Shown here piece after piece: positions 9,971 through 20,367 of a stretch of DNA of 64,000 bases. Positions within the stretch are counted from its first letter, which is position 1, and every line of letters begins with the position of its first letter. Source of the stretch: an uncultured Candidatus Saccharibacteria bacterium (lineage in GTDB: Bacteria; Patescibacteriota; Minisyncoccia; Phycocordibacterales; CSBR16-119). The notes beneath the pieces are model-generated. The model worked only from the letters and a program-made list of their open reading frames with translations. It was not told where the DNA came from and did no database searches. Location: assembly GCA_964490365.1 (NCBI GenBank), contig CAZBAG010000002.1, forward strand, positions 6,411 through 70,410. The letters are read 5' to 3'. Both the position numbers and the translations under genes were made by a program.

Positions 9971-12235
9971 TTAGAACTCTTCGTAACCTGGAATATTTGA
10001 GCCCGGTGGAGGTGAACATGGAGGAATCATTGTCGGTGGACAAGCCATGCCATCTACGAGAACAGTAACCTGACTACTGTCTGAAGCTCCGTCATCATTT
10101 GTACATGTAAGAATAAATGTTGAGTTTGCATACGATGCTGAGCTAGGAGTCATATCCATTGTTCTTGATCCTGAACTTGGAGCAAACGAGTAACTATCCC
10201 AACTATTATTTGAATCTTGGAATGAACCAGTTGTGACAACAGATGAGCCTGTACATGACGTCGCATTCTGAACAGACCATCCAAGATTGACGATACCACC
10301 AGTATCCGGAAGAATTTCATAATACGGACCATATCCATTATCAGGAGTAAGAATTCTTAGATCAACAATTGGAAGTGGAGATGGTGGAACTACTGCACTA
10401 TCCATAATAATCGTATCCTCATCTGTTAAGGTTGTTCCGCTTGTTGTCTGACAACGTATCATGAACCTGAAGATTGTTCCATCTGGCGCACTGTTTGCAA
10501 AACTTGCTACGTTAATGCTTGCGATTGATTGATTTGGATTAGCTCTTGAACCAGACCAACCAGTAAGTGTTTGCAGTGTACTGTTTACCCGGAATGTTCC
10601 TACGCATGAATTTGGCTGTATGAGAGATGGATTGCTTGAAGACCAAGTAATAGCTTCTGTACCATAGTCACTACTTCCAACAATAAACACATCTTCTTCT
10701 ACTTCAAGATTAAGGGTTGGCGTTTCTGGCGGTGTCATATCTTGGAAAACAACTTCTGCTCCATTACCAAATGGATTACCCTCAATATCAAGACATTCTA
10801 TTCTAAACGCAAAGATATCTCCTGCAACCACCGTTCCTGAAGATGCAAATGAGCCAACATTATGAGTTCCAGAGTGAGGTCCAACCCAATAACCATTGTT
10901 TGCAGTAGGTGTTGCTAAGTCAGCATTTGTCCAACCAAGAAGGGATTGTTCATTTCCATTATCATCGAAGAATTTTCCTGTACAAGAATCAACGCGTGAC
11001 GGACTGGTAAATGTCCATCGTGGACTTAGTTGGTAATCAAAAGGTGTAGAGCTACCGACCGGTAAGAAATTTGGTGGGAAGTTCGTAACAAGAGTAAGGC
11101 TTACTGATGGTGTGTCGGTGTCATACGTACAATCATCTGGCATTGTAGCTAATGGATTATAGTTTGTAGCAATTGGATCCATACAACCTTTGATTGCTTC
11201 AACAACGGTTACAGTAGCTATCTTTTGAGGTAATGTGCCTCCATCTGAAGTCTGACAATTTAATGTATATGTAGTTGTTTGAGTCAATCCACCGATCGGA
11301 TGACTTCCATTTGGAAGGTTACCTGCCCCAGTGCTTATCGTCCCAACATTTGTACTATCTCCACCAGTTGATTGCCAGTGTGAATAGCCATTTGTATTGT
11401 TGTATGTCGTACATGAGACAACTGATTTTTGAAGACTATTTACGGCTTCCCAACGAAGCGTGGTACCTTGACCCTCAGGAACAACAGTGTCTTCTGCCCA
11501 GAAATTAATATTTGCAGTTCCCGGTATTGAAACCGAAGTATCGCAGTAACGACACTCTGGGTTTTTAAAGCTAATCCAACCGACAACATCACTACCCCAC
11601 GCCCAACCTGCGAGATCACCCGTTGCGAGATCGAGTGTAACCCCATATGGTTCTCCTCCATTAAAATTTACACAGCCATCCCAGCCGTCATTAGGATCAT
11701 CATCGCCAGCAATAAATTTTGCCCAACCGGCAACCTTTCTTGTATTTCCATAGCTTGGATCTGTAATATCTAGATTGGTAACCCTTGCAACATTATTTGA
11801 TGCGGTTGTAGAGGGATTATTTTGCCAACAACTTCTTACGATCGTAGGGTCAAATGAAAGCCATCCGTAGTTATTACTCCATGCTTCACCAGTCAGCAGA
11901 CCCTGGCTTCTTCCAGAATCAAGATTAATTTTTACCCCCCAAGGACGTGATAACCGACCCGAATCTTCACAATATTCGGGTTCACAATTAAATTTAAGCC
12001 AACCACCACCACCTTCACTTTGTTCTGGATTTTCAATACCTGTTCCCATCCATGCAAAACCATAAATGTTTGCGGTGCCTCGCATTGGTGCAGGTCGTAT
12101 TGGTCGTCCTGGTCCGATTGGATTGATAACCTGGGCAAATACGGTTGAAGAAATACCTAAGATAACTCCTACCACTGCAAAAATAGCGAGTTGTTTGGAG
12201 TATTTTTTAAAGAAATTTCTAAAAGAAAAGATCAT
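9971..12235 (-). CDS. Exported surface protein with GWAW/GWISF repeats and Cys-bridged Ig-like repeats
   Basis: Signal peptide; GFAW..GWLKF, GEAWS..GWLSF and GWAWG..GWISF repeats; a GCMDPIATNYNPLAT motif; repeated LxW..C...YTLxC modules. Confidence 0.75.
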   Translation of the reverse strand: MIFSFRNFFKKYSKQLAIFAVVGVILGISSTVFAQVINPIGPGRPIRPAPMRGTANIYGFAWMGTGIENPEQSEGGGGWLKFNCEPEYCEDSGRLSRPWGVKINLDSGRSQGLLTGEAWSNNYGWLSFDPTIVRSCWQNNPSTTASNNVARVTNLDITDPSYGNTRKVAGWAKFIAGDDDPNDGWDGCVNFNGGEPYGVTLDLATGDLAGWAWGSDVVGWISFKNPECRYCDTSVSIPGTANINFWAEDTVVPEGQGTTLRWEAVNSLQKSVVSCTTYNNTNGYSHWQSTGGDSTNVGTISTGAGNLPNGSHPIGGLTQTTTYTLNCQTSDGGTLPQKIATVTVVEAIKGCMDPIATNYNPLATMPDDCTYDTDTPSVSLTLVTNFPPNFLPVGSSTPFDYQLSPRWTFTSPSRVDSCTGKFFDDNGNEQSLLGWTNADLATPTANNGYWVGPHSGTHNVGSFASSGTVVAGDIFAFRIECLDIEGNPFGNGAEVVFQDMTPPETPTLNLEVEEDVFIVGSSDYGTEAITWSSSNPSLIQPNSCVGTFRVNSTLQTLTGWSGSRANPNQSIASINVASFANSAPDGTIFRFMIRCQTTSGTTLTDEDTIIMDSAVVPPSPLPIVDLRILTPDNGYGPYYEILPDTGGIVNLGWSVQNATSCTGSSVVTTGSFQDSNNSWDSYSFAPSSGSRTMDMTPSSASYANSTFILTCTNDDGASDSSQVTVLVDGMACPPTMIPPCSPPPGSNIPGYEEF

Positions 12236-12239
12236 ACAA

Positions 12240-12551
12240 CTAGTATTTTCTCTTTAAGTCCTCTGTAATTTGAGCTTTTTGTTCTGCTGTAAAAGTAGTT
12301 TCTGTACTATTATTTTTTTTAATATTTTCAACAGCTCTATCTTTTTGTTCTTGAGTTAGTGCCGGCTCATTTGCCATTGATTGACGTAGTTGATTCTTTA
12401 TTTGTTCTTTTTCCGCCGCAGAATACCTTTCATTTGAAGGAATTATCTGGATATTAGGATTTTTCTTAATAAGGAGAGCAATTACAACAACAATGATGAC
12501 ACCGAGAAGAATAATGATAATTTTTTTACTACTATGTTTTTGATTATCCAT
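12240..12551 (-). CDS. Small single-TM hypothetical protein
   Basis: N-terminal TM; helical 'T.EQK' repeats. Confidence 0.6.
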   Translation of the reverse strand: MDNQKHSSKKIIIILLGVIIVVVIALLIKKNPNIQIIPSNERYSAAEKEQIKNQLRQSMANEPALTQEQKDRAVENIKKNNSTETTFTAEQKAQITEDLKRKY

Positions 12552-12649
12552 AAAAATGATTTAGAAATTATTAACTATTACTTATCAACATCATAACACC
12601 ACACATATAAGAAAAGAAAAGTTTTACACAAGATATGTGGATATCGATG

Positions 12650-12958
12650 TTAGTTTTTTTCTTCTGGTGCCTTAAGTGCTTCATATGCTTCTGCATACAT
12701 TTCCTCTTCGGTTAGTTGTGGAACTTCGCCTGGACTTTTCAATGCTTCATATGCTTGGGCGTGAAGTTCTGCTTCTGTATAAGTTGGGATTTCACCTGGA
12801 CTTTTCAATGCTTCATATGCTTGGGCGTGAAGTTCTCGCATCTCTTTTCTTTTACCCAAATATTTCACAAACACAATAAGGAATATAACAACTAATGCGA
12901 TGATGAGAATCGTCATTGTTTTTTTATCTCGGGCAGAGAGTGCTACGTTTGACTTCAT
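12650..12958 (-). CDS. Small single-TM protein with 22-aa tandem repeats
   Basis: TM followed by ELHAQAYEALKSPGE twice plus one degenerate copy. Confidence 0.65.
   Translation of the reverse strand: MKSNVALSARDKKTMTILIIALVVIFLIVFVKYLGKRKEMRELHAQAYEALKSPGEIPTYTEAELHAQAYEALKSPGEVPQLTEEEMYAEAYEALKAPEEKN
12665..12837. repeat. Coding tandem repeat, 66 bp period
   Basis: CCTGGACTTTTCAATGCTTCATATGCTTGGGCGTGAAGTTC starts at both 12729 and 12795. Confidence 0.85.
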
Positions 12959-13040
12959 AATAGATATATTTATTATTAATTATTTTACGAGATAATTATA
13001 CCACCTCCCTTTTTAAAAATTTCTATATTTCAACACCATT

Positions 13041-13049
13041 TGTGGATAA
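13041..13049. promoter_or_regulatory. DnaA box upstream of nusA
   Basis: TGTGGATAA, an exact consensus match. Confidence 0.45.
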
Positions 13050-13150
13050 TTTGACCAAGGAAAAAAAATAGTTTATGATGTGTAGGTAAATCGTCCTGCT
13101 CGTGCCGGACTTTTTTTAATGAAATAACCATTACAATTAAATATAAATAT

Positions 13151-14335
13151 ATGTTAGATCTAAAAGCGTTAAAGTCAGCACTGTTACAGCTCGAAGAAGA
13201 AAAGAAAATTCCGAAAGATAAGATTATTGATGCCATTGAGCAATCATTAGCTGCTGCCTACAAAAAAGATTACGGAAAGAAGGGCCAAATCATTCGAGTA
13301 AAGCTCGATCTTGATTCTGGTGCAACAGAATTTTACCAAGTAAAAATCGTTGTTGATGAATCAACCGTACGATTTCTCGAAGAAAACGAGAATATTGAAG
13401 ATTTCCTTGAAGAAAACACCGACAATCTTGAAGAAAATGTAAAACCAGTATTCAACCCAGAAAAACACATTCTTCTTGCTGATGCAAAAATGATGAAGAA
13501 TGATGCAAAACTTGATGAAGAAATCATTTTCCCTCTTGAAATGAAAGATGATTTCGGACGTGTTGCTGCACAAACAGCAAAACAAGTTATTATCCAACGT
13601 ATTCGTGAAGCAGAACGCGGAGCGGTCATGGAAGAATACGGAGACCAAGAAGGTGAAATTATTAATGGTATCGTTCAAAAAGTAGAACGAGGTATTGTGT
13701 TTGTTGACTTTAACAAAGCAACAGGAATTATTCCTCGAGAAGAGCAAATATTTGGTGAACGATTCATGACAGGGCAACGAATAAAAGCATATCTAACAAA
13801 AGTTGAAGAAGGTCACCGAGGTATTAACCTTTTCCTTTCACGAACACATCCAAAATTTATTGAAAAACTTTTTGCTGTTGAAGCACCAGAAATCGCTAAC
13901 GGTGTTGTTGAAATTCGAAGTATTGCACGAGAAGCTGGTGCACGATCAAAAATTGCAGTGCTCTCTCATGACAACAATGTAGATCCAATTGGAGCATGTG
14001 TCGGTCAACGAGGAGTACGTGTAACAACCGTTATGAATGAGCTTGGTGGAGAAAAAATCGACATTATTCCATGGAGTGAAAACCCAGAAGAGTTCGTAGC
14101 ATCAGCAATATCTCCTGCAAAAATCCTTTCGATTAAACTTGTAGAACGAAAAAATGAAAAAGGAGAAGATGAAAAGGTTGCAGAAATCGAAGTAGCGAAC
14201 GACCAGCTTTCACTTGCTATCGGCAAAGGAGGACAAAATGTACGATTGGCTGCAAAACTCACCGGATGGAAAATCGACATTAAAGGATCTGACGCCCCTG
14301 AACCAACTGTAGAGTCAGATGAAGAAGTTGCATAA
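13151..14335 (+). CDS. nusA: Transcription termination/antitermination factor NusA
   Basis: FGRVAAQTAKQVI; S1 and KH domains; AIGKGGQNVRLAAKLTGWKIDI. Confidence 0.98.
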   Translation: MLDLKALKSALLQLEEEKKIPKDKIIDAIEQSLAAAYKKDYGKKGQIIRVKLDLDSGATEFYQVKIVVDESTVRFLEENENIEDFLEENTDNLEENVKPVFNPEKHILLADAKMMKNDAKLDEEIIFPLEMKDDFGRVAAQTAKQVIIQRIREAERGAVMEEYGDQEGEIINGIVQKVERGIVFVDFNKATGIIPREEQIFGERFMTGQRIKAYLTKVEEGHRGINLFLSRTHPKFIEKLFAVEAPEIANGVVEIRSIAREAGARSKIAVLSHDNNVDPIGACVGQRGVRVTTVMNELGGEKIDIIPWSENPEEFVASAISPAKILSIKLVERKNEKGEDEKVAEIEVANDQLSLAIGKGGQNVRLAAKLTGWKIDIKGSDAPEPTVESDEEVA

Positions 14336-14365
14336 ATTTAATTACACATTAATTACAAAAAATAT

Positions 14366-14905
14366 ATGAATCTTTGGCACGAAGTATCAAAAGGTGAAAA
14401 CATTCCAAACGAAATAAATGTTATTATCGAAATTCCTAAAAACTCACCAAACAAATACGAGATTGATAAGGAAACAGGATTGATCAGTCTTGATCGAGCA
14501 AACTACAGTTCAGCGCCCTACCCTTTTGATTACGGATTTGTACCGCAAACTCTTTGGGAAGATGGTGACCCGCTTGATGTGGTAGTGCTCACTACGTTTC
14601 CTCTCCACCCTGGTATCTTAGTAAAGTCACGACCAGTCGCTGTTATGGAAATGATTGACGACGGCGAATCTGACTACAAGATCATCGCGGTTCCTGTTGA
14701 TGACAAACGATGGGACGACACACATGACCTACAAGACTTGAACAAACACATGATAAAAGAATTTGTTCACTTCTTTGAAACATATAAAGAGCTCAAGAAA
14801 GGACAAAAAGATGTAGTAAAAATTCCAAAAATATCTGGCAAACAAGAAGCGCTGGATGCAGTACTAAAATCAATCGAAATCTACAATCAAAAATTTGGAA
14901 AATAA
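14366..14905 (+). CDS. ppa: Inorganic pyrophosphatase (family I)
   Basis: Motifs KYEIDK, YGFVPQT and DGDPLDV. Confidence 0.97.
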   Translation: MNLWHEVSKGENIPNEINVIIEIPKNSPNKYEIDKETGLISLDRANYSSAPYPFDYGFVPQTLWEDGDPLDVVVLTTFPLHPGILVKSRPVAVMEMIDDGESDYKIIAVPVDDKRWDDTHDLQDLNKHMIKEFVHFFETYKELKKGQKDVVKIPKISGKQEALDAVLKSIEIYNQKFGK

Positions 14906-15002
14906 TAAAAATCTGGCACAAGTTGTGCCAGATTTTTATTTCTTTACCTCACTACCCATAAGGTATACAATATACGTATTATCAGATTAGTTAATATATA
15001 TC

Positions 15003-15647
15003 ATGAAATCATATACATATATCACCATATTTATAGTATTAGCGGCACTTTTCCCGGCAACAGGAAAAGCGATGATTGAATTAGAATCTGAAGCAAAAGT
15101 TAACGTTGAGGCGAAGCAAGAAGGTGGCATACATTTACGAAAACTAGATCTTCAAAAGAGACTTTTCCAAGAACGAGTAGAAGATCATCGAGCTGATTTT
15201 CATAAGGCTCGAGAAGCATATAAAAATGCAGGACCAGAGACACGAAACATGATGAGAGCTGACTTTCGACAAAAGTTTATCAATCGTTTTGATTTCGCGT
15301 ACAAAAAACTAGGTGACTTCCAAGCCCGAATGGACGCTCGAATTACAAAAGAAGCGGGTACCGATGTTGATACGTCAAAAGCAAAGATGAAGTTAGATGA
15401 ATCAATTTCTGTGATGGCATCAATCCAAGCTGATATTGCAAGCTTAAAAGATTTGCTCAGCGAGCGATACACCGATGAAGAACGAGAAGCAAAGAAGGAA
15501 GAAGTAAAGAAACTTGTTGAAGAGTTAAAAGCAGATATTAAGTTCTCTCATAACACCCTTAAAGAATCATTTAAAGAACTTAGAGCGGCAATGGAAGCAA
15601 AGATGAATGTCGAAGCATCTATTAATACTAACGCATCTGTAAACTAG
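15003..15647 (+). CDS. Exported coiled-coil hypothetical protein
   Basis: Signal peptide; charged helical body. Confidence 0.65.
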   Translation: MKSYTYITIFIVLAALFPATGKAMIELESEAKVNVEAKQEGGIHLRKLDLQKRLFQERVEDHRADFHKAREAYKNAGPETRNMMRADFRQKFINRFDFAYKKLGDFQARMDARITKEAGTDVDTSKAKMKLDESISVMASIQADIASLKDLLSERYTDEEREAKKEEVKKLVEELKADIKFSHNTLKESFKELRAAMEAKMNVEASINTNASVN

Positions 15648-15658
15648 TAACCTTACCT

Positions 15659-15907
15659 ATGGAACCAGAAAAAAAGAGCGGAGTATTTGGTATCATTTTA
15701 GCAGTCATCATTCTCTTGGGTCTTGTTGTCTACTATCTTTCAAACAAAAAAAGTATGGAGGAAGTACCAGAAACAACGATAAGCCAAACAGATGAACGTC
15801 AGTCTATAGAATCAAATACCCTTGAAACAGATGCCTCACTTGAAACTGAAGTAGAAAACCTAGACACCAACTTCGACGACATGAACTCAGAAGATCTGGA
15901 TATGTAA
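15659..15907 (+). CDS. Small single-TM acidic protein
   Basis: TM segment plus acidic tail; a palindromic terminator follows. Confidence 0.6.
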   Translation: MEPEKKSGVFGIILAVIILLGLVVYYLSNKKSMEEVPETTISQTDERQSIESNTLETDASLETEVENLDTNFDDMNSEDLDM

Positions 15908-15967
15908 TACATACTAAAACTCGCCGGTTATGCCGGCGAGTTTTAGTATGTGTAAAAAGTAGACAAA

Positions 15968-17053
15968 ATGAGTCATATCAGTAATATAATGATTATGAAA
16001 ATACATAATCTAGAAATAACAAAGAAAGAGGGGTCGATTGTTGAGATCAAAGGAGAAGTAGAAAGTTCTGACTTTGAACTATCTCGAGAAGGAGCTATAG
16101 CAAAACTATCTGAACACATCGAACTTGATGGATTTCGAAAAGGCAAAGCCCCAAAAGATATGGTGGTGAAGAAACTTGGCGACCACATTATCTTAGAAGA
16201 AATGGCACAAATTACTTTAGGAAAAGTGTATCCTCAAATCATTACTGAACAAAAAATCGACGCAATCGGCTATCCTCAAATACAAATTACAAAATTAGCA
16301 AATGGAAACCCTCTTGGCTTTACTATTCAAACTGCTGTTATTCCTGAAATCAAACTACCTGACTACAAAACTCTTTCAAAGAAAATTCTAGAAACAGAAG
16401 AAAAAGCCGAAGTAAAGGATGAAGAGTACGAAGGCTTTATCAAACAAATCAAACGTGCAAAAGCTCACGATGATTTTCACAAGGCAAACCCTGATGTGAA
16501 AGGTCACGATCACGCAGAAATTAAAGATGAGGATTTGCCAGAGTTAGATTTGGAATACCTAAAAACTCTTGGAAACTTTTCTGATATGCAGGATTTTGAA
16601 ACAAAAGTGCGTGCAGATATTTTAAAAGATAAAGAATTCAGAGCAAAAGAAAAAAATCGACTTGCACTCATTGAAAGTATTGAAAAAGAAACAACGATTG
16701 AAGTACCTGAAATACTCATTCAATCAGAAATAGAAAAGATTATCGCCAGAATGAAAAGTGATGTTGAACACATGGGACTCAAGTACGAAGACTATCTAAC
16801 AAGTCTTGGAAAATCTGAACAAGATATGCGAAAAGATTTCAGAGCTGACGCTGAGAAACGAGCAAAAATTCAGATGATCGTCGGTGAGATAGCAGTTAAA
16901 GAAGGATTAAAGCCTAATGAAGAAAAAATCAGAGAAGAAACAAAGAAAGTTATGGATGCCTACAAAGACGCTGATGAACGCAACGTGAGAATGTATATCG
17001 AAAGCGTTCTGGTAAATGAAGAAGTGTTTCAATTTTTAGAAAATCAAAAATAA
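15968..17053 (+). CDS. tig: Trigger factor, apparently lacking the FKBP domain (start may be a few codons downstream)
   Basis: GFRKGKAP ribosome-binding motif; C-terminal chaperone domain; lies near clpP. Confidence 0.92.
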   Translation: MSHISNIMIMKIHNLEITKKEGSIVEIKGEVESSDFELSREGAIAKLSEHIELDGFRKGKAPKDMVVKKLGDHIILEEMAQITLGKVYPQIITEQKIDAIGYPQIQITKLANGNPLGFTIQTAVIPEIKLPDYKTLSKKILETEEKAEVKDEEYEGFIKQIKRAKAHDDFHKANPDVKGHDHAEIKDEDLPELDLEYLKTLGNFSDMQDFETKVRADILKDKEFRAKEKNRLALIESIEKETTIEVPEILIQSEIEKIIARMKSDVEHMGLKYEDYLTSLGKSEQDMRKDFRADAEKRAKIQMIVGEIAVKEGLKPNEEKIREETKKVMDAYKDADERNVRMYIESVLVNEEVFQFLENQK

Positions 17054-17090
17054 AACCATATAAAATCCCTTCGGGGGTTTTTTGTTTACC

Positions 17091-17281
17091 CTTACTTTTT
17101 TCATGACAAAAAAGTAACAAAAACTCTAGACCCACACTTCACACCTAAAACTAATAGATGTTAAGCCAACAAAACTTCAAACTCAGAACGTCTATACGTT
17201 CCTCAAACAGTGAAGTTTTGTAGAGCAACATACTATTAGTTTCTTAACGGTGTTCTCGTGTAGGGTCGGAGGATCTTAATT
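17091..17281 (+). repeat. ~190 bp structured intergenic repeat, copy A
   Basis: Ends nearly identical to the reverse complement of 50563-50749; internal stems covary between copies. Confidence 0.85.
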
Positions 17282-17306
17282 AAAAAAAATAGAAGAGCAA
17301 TATATA

Positions 17307-17340
17307 AAAAGAAAAAGGGCGTCTCGATGTCGAGACGCCC
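17307..17340 (-). terminator. Intrinsic terminator of the GC-rich cassette
   Basis: GGGCGTCTCGA/TCGAGACGCCC stem with an A tract on its left. Confidence 0.8.
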
Positions 17341-17485
17341 CGTTCTGTACACAACTCCACGTAGGGGGAGAATATGCAAAGAACACCCTATTCTTTGTGG
17401 CTTGTCGCCACGAACCTGGACTTACAGTCCATCTCGTGCACGACGCACTTTTGCGATCACGTACGCGCCACTCGGCACGCGATCA

Positions 17486-17998
17486 TCAGCATCGCAAGGG
17501 CACCGCCATCCAGGCAGGACGCCTCATCACCGACGCCTCAAGGCGCGGGTGCAGGGCTGCCATACTGGCAAGGCCGGTCGCATGTTCTTTGAGGTTATCG
17601 CTGATGTTCACTCGCATATTGCTGGCGCACGATCGTCGATCGCACCAGGCCCGCGGATGTTCACCATCGTACTTGCCCACGTTCACCAACTTGCTGCTTT
17701 CACTGCCGAAGAAGACCTTCTTGTTCAAGATATAATGCGTCGTCGCGACCGAATGGTCGGATCGATGCAACACGGTCTCCTGGCCGCTGGCTTGCACCGC
17801 TGTGCTGAAATAGTTGTTGGTGATGCTGACCTGGAAAACCCCTTGCTCGGGCATGATCAGGTTGGCCGATGCGCTGTTGTGGTCGTTTACTTCGATGTTG
17901 TCCACCTTCGGACCCGTGTCGGGTGCCGCGAAGGCGGGTTGGGGGCTGAACACCAAACAGGCGCCCAGCACCATGGTAAGGTGCAAGATCTTCTTCAT
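17486..17998 (-). CDS. GC-rich foreign ORF with a signal peptide, function unknown
   Basis: MKKILHLTMVLGACLVFSPQPAFA signal peptide; own promoter TTGACA(18080-18075)-16-TATACT and own terminator. Confidence 0.6.
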   Translation of the reverse strand: MKKILHLTMVLGACLVFSPQPAFAAPDTGPKVDNIEVNDHNSASANLIMPEQGVFQVSITNNYFSTAVQASGQETVLHRSDHSVATTHYILNKKVFFGSESSKLVNVGKYDGEHPRAWCDRRSCASNMRVNISDNLKEHATGLASMAALHPRLEASVMRRPAWMAVPLRC

Positions 17999-18144
17999 GT
18001 GTATGGAAAAGATTGGTTTTGTCGGATTGTGTGAGCCCGACGTTCAAGTGCAAGTATAGCATATCTAAAAAACTTGTCAAGTCTTTTATTTCATGGTATA
18101 GTCAAAGACACAAATAAGCATTATTTATCAATATATTTTATAGT

Positions 18145-18735
18145 ATGTTAATCCCAACAGTAATCGAAAAAACACATAACGGTGAACGAGCGTATGACAT
18201 CTACTCTCGCCTACTAAAAGAGCGGATTGTCTTTCTTGGCACAGGAGTTGAAGAAAATTCATCAAGTAACATTATTGCCCAACTTCTTTTCCTTGAATCT
18301 GAAGATCCTAAAAAAGATATTTATCTGTATGTAAACTCTCCGGGAGGAAACGTAAAAGATGGCCTTGCTATTATCGACACCATGAACCATATCAAACCAG
18401 ATGTTGCGACAGTATGTGTTGGTATGGCAGCTTCAATGGGAGCAGTCATCCTTTCTGCAGGAGCAAAAGGAAAACGATTTATCCTACCAAATGCAGAGGT
18501 GATGATTCACCAACCACTTGGTGGTGTAGAAGGACAAGCTTCTGATATTGCTATTACGGCAGACAGAATTATTAAGACAAAAGCGAAATTGAATAAGATC
18601 CTCGCAGAAAATACTGGACAAAAACTTGAAAAGGTTGAAAAAGATGGCGACCGAGATTACTGGATGGACGCAAAGGATGCATTAAAGTACGGCATCGTTG
18701 ATAAAGTGATGGAAAAACCAAAAACAAAGAAATAG
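18145..18735 (+). CDS. clpP: ATP-dependent Clp protease proteolytic subunit
   Basis: Motifs [26 protein letters not shown] and MIHQP. Confidence 0.98.
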   Translation: MLIPTVIEKTHNGERAYDIYSRLLKERIVFLGTGVEENSSSNIIAQLLFLESEDPKKDIYLYVNSPGGNVKDGLAIIDTMNHIKPDVATVCVGMAASMGAVILSAGAKGKRFILPNAEVMIHQPLGGVEGQASDIAITADRIIKTKAKLNKILAENTGQKLEKVEKDGDRDYWMDAKDALKYGIVDKVMEKPKTKK

Positions 18736-18772
18736 AAAATAAAAATCCGATGCCAGGGCATCGGATTTTTAT

Positions 18773-20350
18773 TTAGAGTTTACTTAAGTTTATTCCGTAC
18801 AAGTTCATATCGTGTTTGTTGATAAAGATGAAGTAGTCTTGCTTGTCGTTTACCATAGGACTTGTTACATCCATCTGTGCTGATGCTTTAGCACTATCAA
18901 GAATAATTTTTGAAGTATTTGTTGTTGCATCAATTTTCCATAATGCATCCATGAACAGAGACTCTCCTTTGTACCAATCATCAGGATAAAGAGCGAGTGG
19001 AACAGATGTTGGGGCTCCGCAGTATAATGTCTTGCTGTCTTTTGTCCAAGTACATTTTTCTGGAAGTGTTGTCGGAGAAAAATCAGACACCTTCCCTGTT
19101 GCGATAGTAAGTAACATTGTTTTCAGTGCGCCATTTTCATATGAACTATACAAGACCATCTTACCGTCTGGACTCACGTTTGTTGTCAGTCCATTTACGT
19201 TGGAAATAATATTCTTAAGGCTGTTGTTTTTTATATCAAGCATGTACGCATTTCCAGGATAGCGACCAGAAGCCCTTGTAGTCAGTGACACCATATTCTC
19301 AGTAATTACTTGTGGAAGAAAATCAGAGAACTTTGTATTCCAGACTCTCTTTGACTGACTTGTCTTAAAGTCATAGAGGTTCACACTCGCACCTGTTGCT
19401 TCTTTGGTCATATAGAGCGCCTTTTGACCACTTGGTAACAGTGACACGAACGATATTTTATTCGTAAGAAGAGTAGTATCGAGTGTTGCGTAGGTTCGCG
19501 CTGTTTCTGAAATGATGACAGGTTTTTTAATAGTTGCGACGAGATTCTCAACAACGTTACCTTTTAAATAACGCATAAGCACGATATTTTTTGTAGCATC
19601 AAAATACGCTTCGTACACTTTTGCAATCTGAGAACTTGTAACTCTGGCGAGTGGTTCTTCACGAGTTGTTGTTTTATCGTACACATAGCCATTTGCACGG
19701 TCAATAAAACGAACAAATTCTATTGTTTCTTTTTCAGGCGCTTTTACAACCTTTGGTTTAATACCTTGAAATTCATTTAGTTTTTTATAGGTAGTAGCTC
19801 CCACTACCCCATCTGGAGTAAGTCCATTTTTTGCCTGAAATTCAATAATTGCATTTTTAAGTGTTGTGTCAAAAGCATTATCAATAGCAAGCGCCGGTGA
19901 AGGAATTTGTCGATTGAGTACTGTCTTTATGTCGACAACTTCTTTTCTATCATCGCCAAATTTAAGCGATGGATACCCTGTAAAATCATAACCTTCAACA
20001 AGGTTTGCAGACACTTCTTCAGGAAGTTTAATTTCTCGCTCAACATACATGAACGTTGCACCAGCAACAGGCTCTTCACTTATTTTTTGCATGATTGGAG
20101 AATTTTCGTTGGCTATGAAGTCGGGGGTAATTGGTGTTTGGTCTTCACCTGTTTCTCCGTTTTCAGTAGTGCCTCCATTTGAGTTGTTTGTGCCACCAAG
20201 AGATGTGTCGTCTGAATCAATACCGAAAGGATTTTCTATATTTGTTTGTATTTGCGTTGCATCTTTTTTATTTTTTGCCCGCACAAGAATAACACCCAAA
20301 ATAACAAGTCCGATGACTAGCACTGAGATAAGTAAAATTTTAAAAAGTTT
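18773..20350 (-). CDS. Membrane-anchored protein with a peptidoglycan-binding domain and a C-terminal beta-propeller
   Basis: N-terminal TM (likely start MSEKL); AIIEFQAKNGLTPDGVVGATT is PG_binding_1-like; SPDG and TLPEKCTW propeller motifs. Confidence 0.75.
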   Translation of the reverse strand, partial: KLFKILLISVLVIGLVILGVILVRAKNKKDATQIQTNIENPFGIDSDDTSLGGTNNSNGGTTENGETGEDQTPITPDFIANENSPIMQKISEEPVAGATFMYVEREIKLPEEVSANLVEGYDFTGYPSLKFGDDRKEVVDIKTVLNRQIPSPALAIDNAFDTTLKNAIIEFQAKNGLTPDGVVGATTYKKLNEFQGIKPKVVKAPEKETIEFVRFIDRANGYVYDKTTTREEPLARVTSSQIAKVYEAYFDATKNIVLMRYLKGNVVENLVATIKKPVIISETARTYATLDTTLLTNKISFVSLLPSGQKALYMTKEATGASVNLYDFKTSQSKRVWNTKFSDFLPQVITENMVSLTTRASGRYPGNAYMLDIKNNSLKNIISNVNGLTTNVSPDGKMVLYSSYENGALKTMLLTIATGKVSDFSPTTLPEKCTWTKDSKTLYCGAPTSVPLALYPDDWYKGESLFMDALWKIDATTNTSKIILDSAKASAQMDVTSPMVNDKQDYFIFINKHDMNLYGINLSKL

Positions 20351-20367
20351 TTCTGACATAAAATAAT

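Noticed and set aside
12665-12837. CRISPR-like repeat-spacer pattern
   Set aside because: It is an in-frame 66-bp coding repeat with 2-3 copies and no cas genes.
17327-18080. Alternative overlapping ORFs (17327-18034 +, 17397-17735 +, 17700-18080 -)
   Set aside because: They are by-products of high GC; promoter, leader, signal peptide and terminator all support 17486-17998(-).
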